Shown: positions 37,222 to 40,021 of the stretch, one piece after another
Numbering within the stretch: the stretch's first letter is position 1
How the letters are laid out: the number at the start of each line of letters is the position of its first letter
NCBI GenBank assembly: GCA_003661975.1
Contig: QMXE01000003.1
Coordinates: 1-40,021 of the forward strand
Reading direction: 5' to 3'
DNA from: Candidatus Bathyarchaeota archaeon
Lineage (GTDB): Archaea > Thermoproteota > Bathyarchaeia > Bathyarchaeales > DTEX01
DNA: 40,021 nucleotides
The notes under the pieces: generated by a model
Database searches by the model: none
What the model saw: only the letters and a program-made list of their open reading frames with translations
Told to the model about the DNA's origin: nothing
Position numbers and translations under genes: made by a program

Positions 37222-38379
37222 GTGAGGTTCATGTTGGAGGGTCCTAGGGCAGCTAAACCCGAAGAGCTGGACGATATAGTCCATCTGGTAAACTCGGTCT
37301 TCATGCTAAGACATAATCTGCCCCCGCTGATGAGGAACAGATTTCCACATATCTTCAACGAAGAAAACCTTGAGAATCTCAGGGTGATCGTATGCGACGG
37401 GAAGCCCGTCTCCCACGTTGATATATGGGAGGGTCATCTACTCATCTGCGGTTGCTGGTTTAGGGTTGGAATGCTGGGAAGCGTCTGCACACATCCAGAC
37501 TACAGGAATAGAGGATACGCCTCAGCCCTAGTTAAGGATGCACTCTCAAAGATGCGGAGGGACAATGTCGACTTCATCCTCATTTCGGGCTCAAGAGGCC
37601 TATACAAGAGGCTTGGATGCGTAGAGGCTGGCAGAATCTACAGATACAATCTAAGGCGCGAAGAACTAAACTTAGACCCGAAAGACATAGACCTAATAGG
37701 CTACGATGAGAGCCTACTAAAGGATCTTATCAGAATCTACCATCTGGAACCCGTCAGATACAAGCGCAGCCTAGAAGATTTCAGCCTCCTAGCAGGACGC
37801 GAAATATCGGTGGGGCACGTTAAGATAAAGACTTACCTTGTCATGGCCGATGGTGAGCCGATAGCATACGTGGCTGTCAAGTCGATAAGGGATCCAAGCA
37901 CACTTGAGATATACGAGTATGCAGGATCCAGAAATGCAATTCTACATGCGCTAAGCGTCCTCTATGAGATATTAGATGTAAACGTGATTAGGCTGGCTGT
38001 TCCACATCAGGACATAAATATGCTGCATCTCCTGGAGAGAATAGGCTTGGAAAGGCCGCCCTCAACAGCCCAGGCGGTATTCTCAATCATAAACCCACAA
38101 AGCTTCCTCAGAAAGGTCAAGCCATACCTAGAGGAGAGGATCGGAAAAGAGAGATCAGAAGAACTAATCTCAAGCCTAACAGACGGAAGGATAAGACTAT
38201 ACCTAAACGGCGAGGAGGTGAACCCTCAGGATTCAAGAGCCCTCACACTCCTATTCTTCGGATCGCCGGAAAAACTGAGAGGGCCACCTCAGCCAGAAGT
38301 TGGGATGAAGCCGCATCCAGAATTCATATCGGATGCTCTACCGCTGCCGACGCCAATGCATGGGCTGAATTACATCTGA
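37222..38379 (+). CDS. GNAT N-acetyltransferase, Eis-like length
   Basis: GSVCTHPDYRNRGYAS acetyl-CoA motif A, GLYKRLG; 385 aa. Confidence 0.85.
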   Translation: MRFMLEGPRAAKPEELDDIVHLVNSVFMLRHNLPPLMRNRFPHIFNEENLENLRVIVCDGKPVSHVDIWEGHLLICGCWFRVGMLGSVCTHPDYRNRGYASALVKDALSKMRRDNVDFILISGSRGLYKRLGCVEAGRIYRYNLRREELNLDPKDIDLIGYDESLLKDLIRIYHLEPVRYKRSLEDFSLLAGREISVGHVKIKTYLVMADGEPIAYVAVKSIRDPSTLEIYEYAGSRNAILHALSVLYEILDVNVIRLAVPHQDINMLHLLERIGLERPPSTAQAVFSIINPQSFLRKVKPYLEERIGKERSEELISSLTDGRIRLYLNGEEVNPQDSRALTLLFFGSPEKLRGPPQPEVGMKPHPEFISDALPLPTPMHGLNYI

Positions 38380-38426
38380 AGATAATCGACCCTCCAGTTT
38401 GGTAGCACTGCAACCAGCGGCTATTC

Positions 38427-39317
38427 TCAAGTTCTCAAAGAGAGCTGCACCAGTATCCTCTTTGCCCTCCTAATATTATCTATCTTCATTCTGCAGTCTG
38501 GGCATACTTCAGCGGCTCTCCTCAATTCACCGACTAGCTCATCCCTTATATCGGCTCCCTCAACTACCTTCTTTATCGCCCAATCAACCTGTCTTTGGGG
38601 CGCATAGTATGATCCGCATACGCGGCACCTAAGCATCTTAACTTCATTCTCGACGTATGCGTCCTCCCGATCCACAGTTGATAGGTGATATTCCTCTGTA
38701 AGCCTTATAGCCTCTGTTGGACATTCATCTTGGCAGAAGGCGCAGAAGGTGCATCTTCCATAGTTGACTCTTATTATTCGCTTTCCATCCTTATCATGCA
38801 CCTCTATGGCCTCGGAGCTGCATATCTGAGCGCATGCACCGCATCCAATACACTTTTCCCCGTCAAACTCATGCTTCCCCCTGAAACCCTCAGGCGTATA
38901 CCAATAATCCTCCCTCTCCTCCAATTCTATGCCTAAAATCTTCGCTATGGCCGAGATTATGGCCTGAGGCCTAGGCGGGCATCCGGGAATATATAGGTTC
39001 ACTGGAACTATTTGGTCGGGTGGGCCTACCATTGGGTAGCCGTCGCTGAATATCCCCTTAGTGACAGCGCAGTTTCCAACTGCAATAACGATCCTAGGCG
39101 GCCTAAGCCTTTCATAGGCATTTTTTAGCTCCTTTAATCCCTTAACATTTATTCCCCCAGTTATTGCGAGGACATTTGCCTCTTCAGGTGTTGATACTAT
39201 CTCCACTCCAAGAGCCTCAAGCCTATATCTTGGAACGAGACACTCGAGTATCTGCACGTCGCAGCCGTTACAGCCAGCGGACATGAACCTGTAAATTGAG
39301 ATCTTCCCCTCACCCAT
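38427..39317 (-). CDS. group 4 [NiFe]-hydrogenase small subunit fused to a 2[4Fe-4S] ferredoxin subunit (HycG/NuoB + HycF/NuoI type)
   Basis: GCNGCD, GNCA, IPGCPPRP, then GFRGK, CIGCGACAQIC, CTFCAFCQDECP, CRVC...CPDC. Confidence 0.9.
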   Translation of the reverse strand: MGEGKISIYRFMSAGCNGCDVQILECLVPRYRLEALGVEIVSTPEEANVLAITGGINVKGLKELKNAYERLRPPRIVIAVGNCAVTKGIFSDGYPMVGPPDQIVPVNLYIPGCPPRPQAIISAIAKILGIELEEREDYWYTPEGFRGKHEFDGEKCIGCGACAQICSSEAIEVHDKDGKRIIRVNYGRCTFCAFCQDECPTEAIRLTEEYHLSTVDREDAYVENEVKMLRCRVCGSYYAPQRQVDWAIKKVVEGADIRDELVGELRRAAEVCPDCRMKIDNIRRAKRILVQLSLRT

Positions 39318-40021
39318 CTAAATCAACTCCACCATTCGTCTCCTACCTGTCTTCGCATCTACAACTGTAACGCGATCCGTGCATGCGAAGCATGGATCTA
39401 TACTCTCAATTATCACCCTTGCATCCTGAAGCCTATCGCCGCGAAGCATCTCGATTAATGCAAAGTCATTAGCGAAGGATGGGGTTCTCACCTTCACCCT
39501 TACAGGCATATTCGTCCCATCCGATCTAATGTAATAGACGAGTTCTCCGCGTGGAGCTTCAGCCCTCCCAATCTCCTCCCTCTCCAGAGGCTCACCAGGC
39601 TTAACGGCTATTTCTCCTCCCGGAAGATCATCAAGGGCCTGCTCGATTATGCTTATGCTCTCAAGCGTCTCCCTCGCTCTAACAGAGGTTCTAGCCCACA
39701 CATCACCCTCATCCTCTGTTATCACATTGAAGTCTAGCCTGTCATAGGCAGCGTATGGATCATCCCTACGCACATCGCTTTCCACTCCTGATCCACGTAG
39801 TGTAGGACCGACTGCTCCTAGACTTAACGCCTTCTCCCTTGGCAAGACTCCTATACCCTTAATCTTCTTTGTGAATGCCCCATTCCCATCTAAAAGTGAG
39901 AGCAGATAATCTGAGAGTTTCCTAAGGCTTCTGAGGACCTTACGGATCTTCTCAGCCTTCCTCGGAGTTATATCCCTCCTGACGCCGCCTATCGTATTAA
40001 TCAAATAGTTTATCCTATTCC
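39318..40021 (-). CDS. group 4 [NiFe]-hydrogenase large subunit, C-terminal part (5'-partial)
   Basis: NRINY..IGGVRRD, GPTLRGSG, DPYAAY, EAPRGE, RTPS, L2 motif DPCFACTDR plus C-terminal extension. Confidence 0.93.
   Translation of the reverse strand, partial: NRINYLINTIGGVRRDITPRKAEKIRKVLRSLRKLSDYLLSLLDGNGAFTKKIKGIGVLPREKALSLGAVGPTLRGSGVESDVRRDDPYAAYDRLDFNVITEDEGDVWARTSVRARETLESISIIEQALDDLPGGEIAVKPGEPLEREEIGRAEAPRGELVYYIRSDGTNMPVRVKVRTPSFANDFALIEMLRGDRLQDARVIIESIDPCFACTDRVTVVDAKTGRRRMVELI

Noticed and set aside
39315-39320. Large-subunit TAG is directly followed in frame by the small-subunit ATG, so amber read-through (pyrrolysine) would give a triple fusion
   Set aside because: An SD-like GGAG lies just upstream of the ATG, so ordinary translational coupling explains it; no pyl genes are visible in the window.
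1-40021. tRNA, rRNA, CRISPR arrays, transposases or integrases
   Set aside because: No such signatures found by eye; intergenic gaps are short. A covariance-model scan would be needed to exclude small RNAs.

Overview
Archaeal chromosomal window, identified by TBP, TFE, EF-1beta, aTrm56, NAC, aMBF1 and CDC48. The gene mix (URO-D family, GH9, sugar kinases, group 4 hydrogenase) suggests Bathyarchaeia, but that is an inference. It holds about 45 densely packed CDSs: housekeeping blocks (uppS, ychF; nac, PUA, mbf1, hflX, trm56, tfe; ef1b, cdc48; RNase J-like, trmI, sec11, tbp) interleaved with carbohydrate, stress and accessory genes, ending in a partial group 4 [NiFe]-hydrogenase operon. I saw no tRNA, rRNA, CRISPR array or mobile element. 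Main observations: (1) a perfect 46-bp palindrome made of two TATTAC-N6-GTAATA sites bracketing a TATA box in front of a wHTH-hsp20 operon, a candidate new heat-shock regulator/operator system; (2) an mbf1/hflX overlap in the +1 frame where the apparent HflX N-terminus has no canonical start codon; (3) a 45-bp exact repeat between the two Walker A regions of cdc48; (4) a stand-alone LigD 3'-phosphoesterase coupled to an unknown gene; (5) a HAD protein with degenerate catalytic motifs; (6) a cytoplasmic GH9 with deacetylase-like and SIS neighbours; (7) a fused hydrogenase small subunit-ferredoxin.
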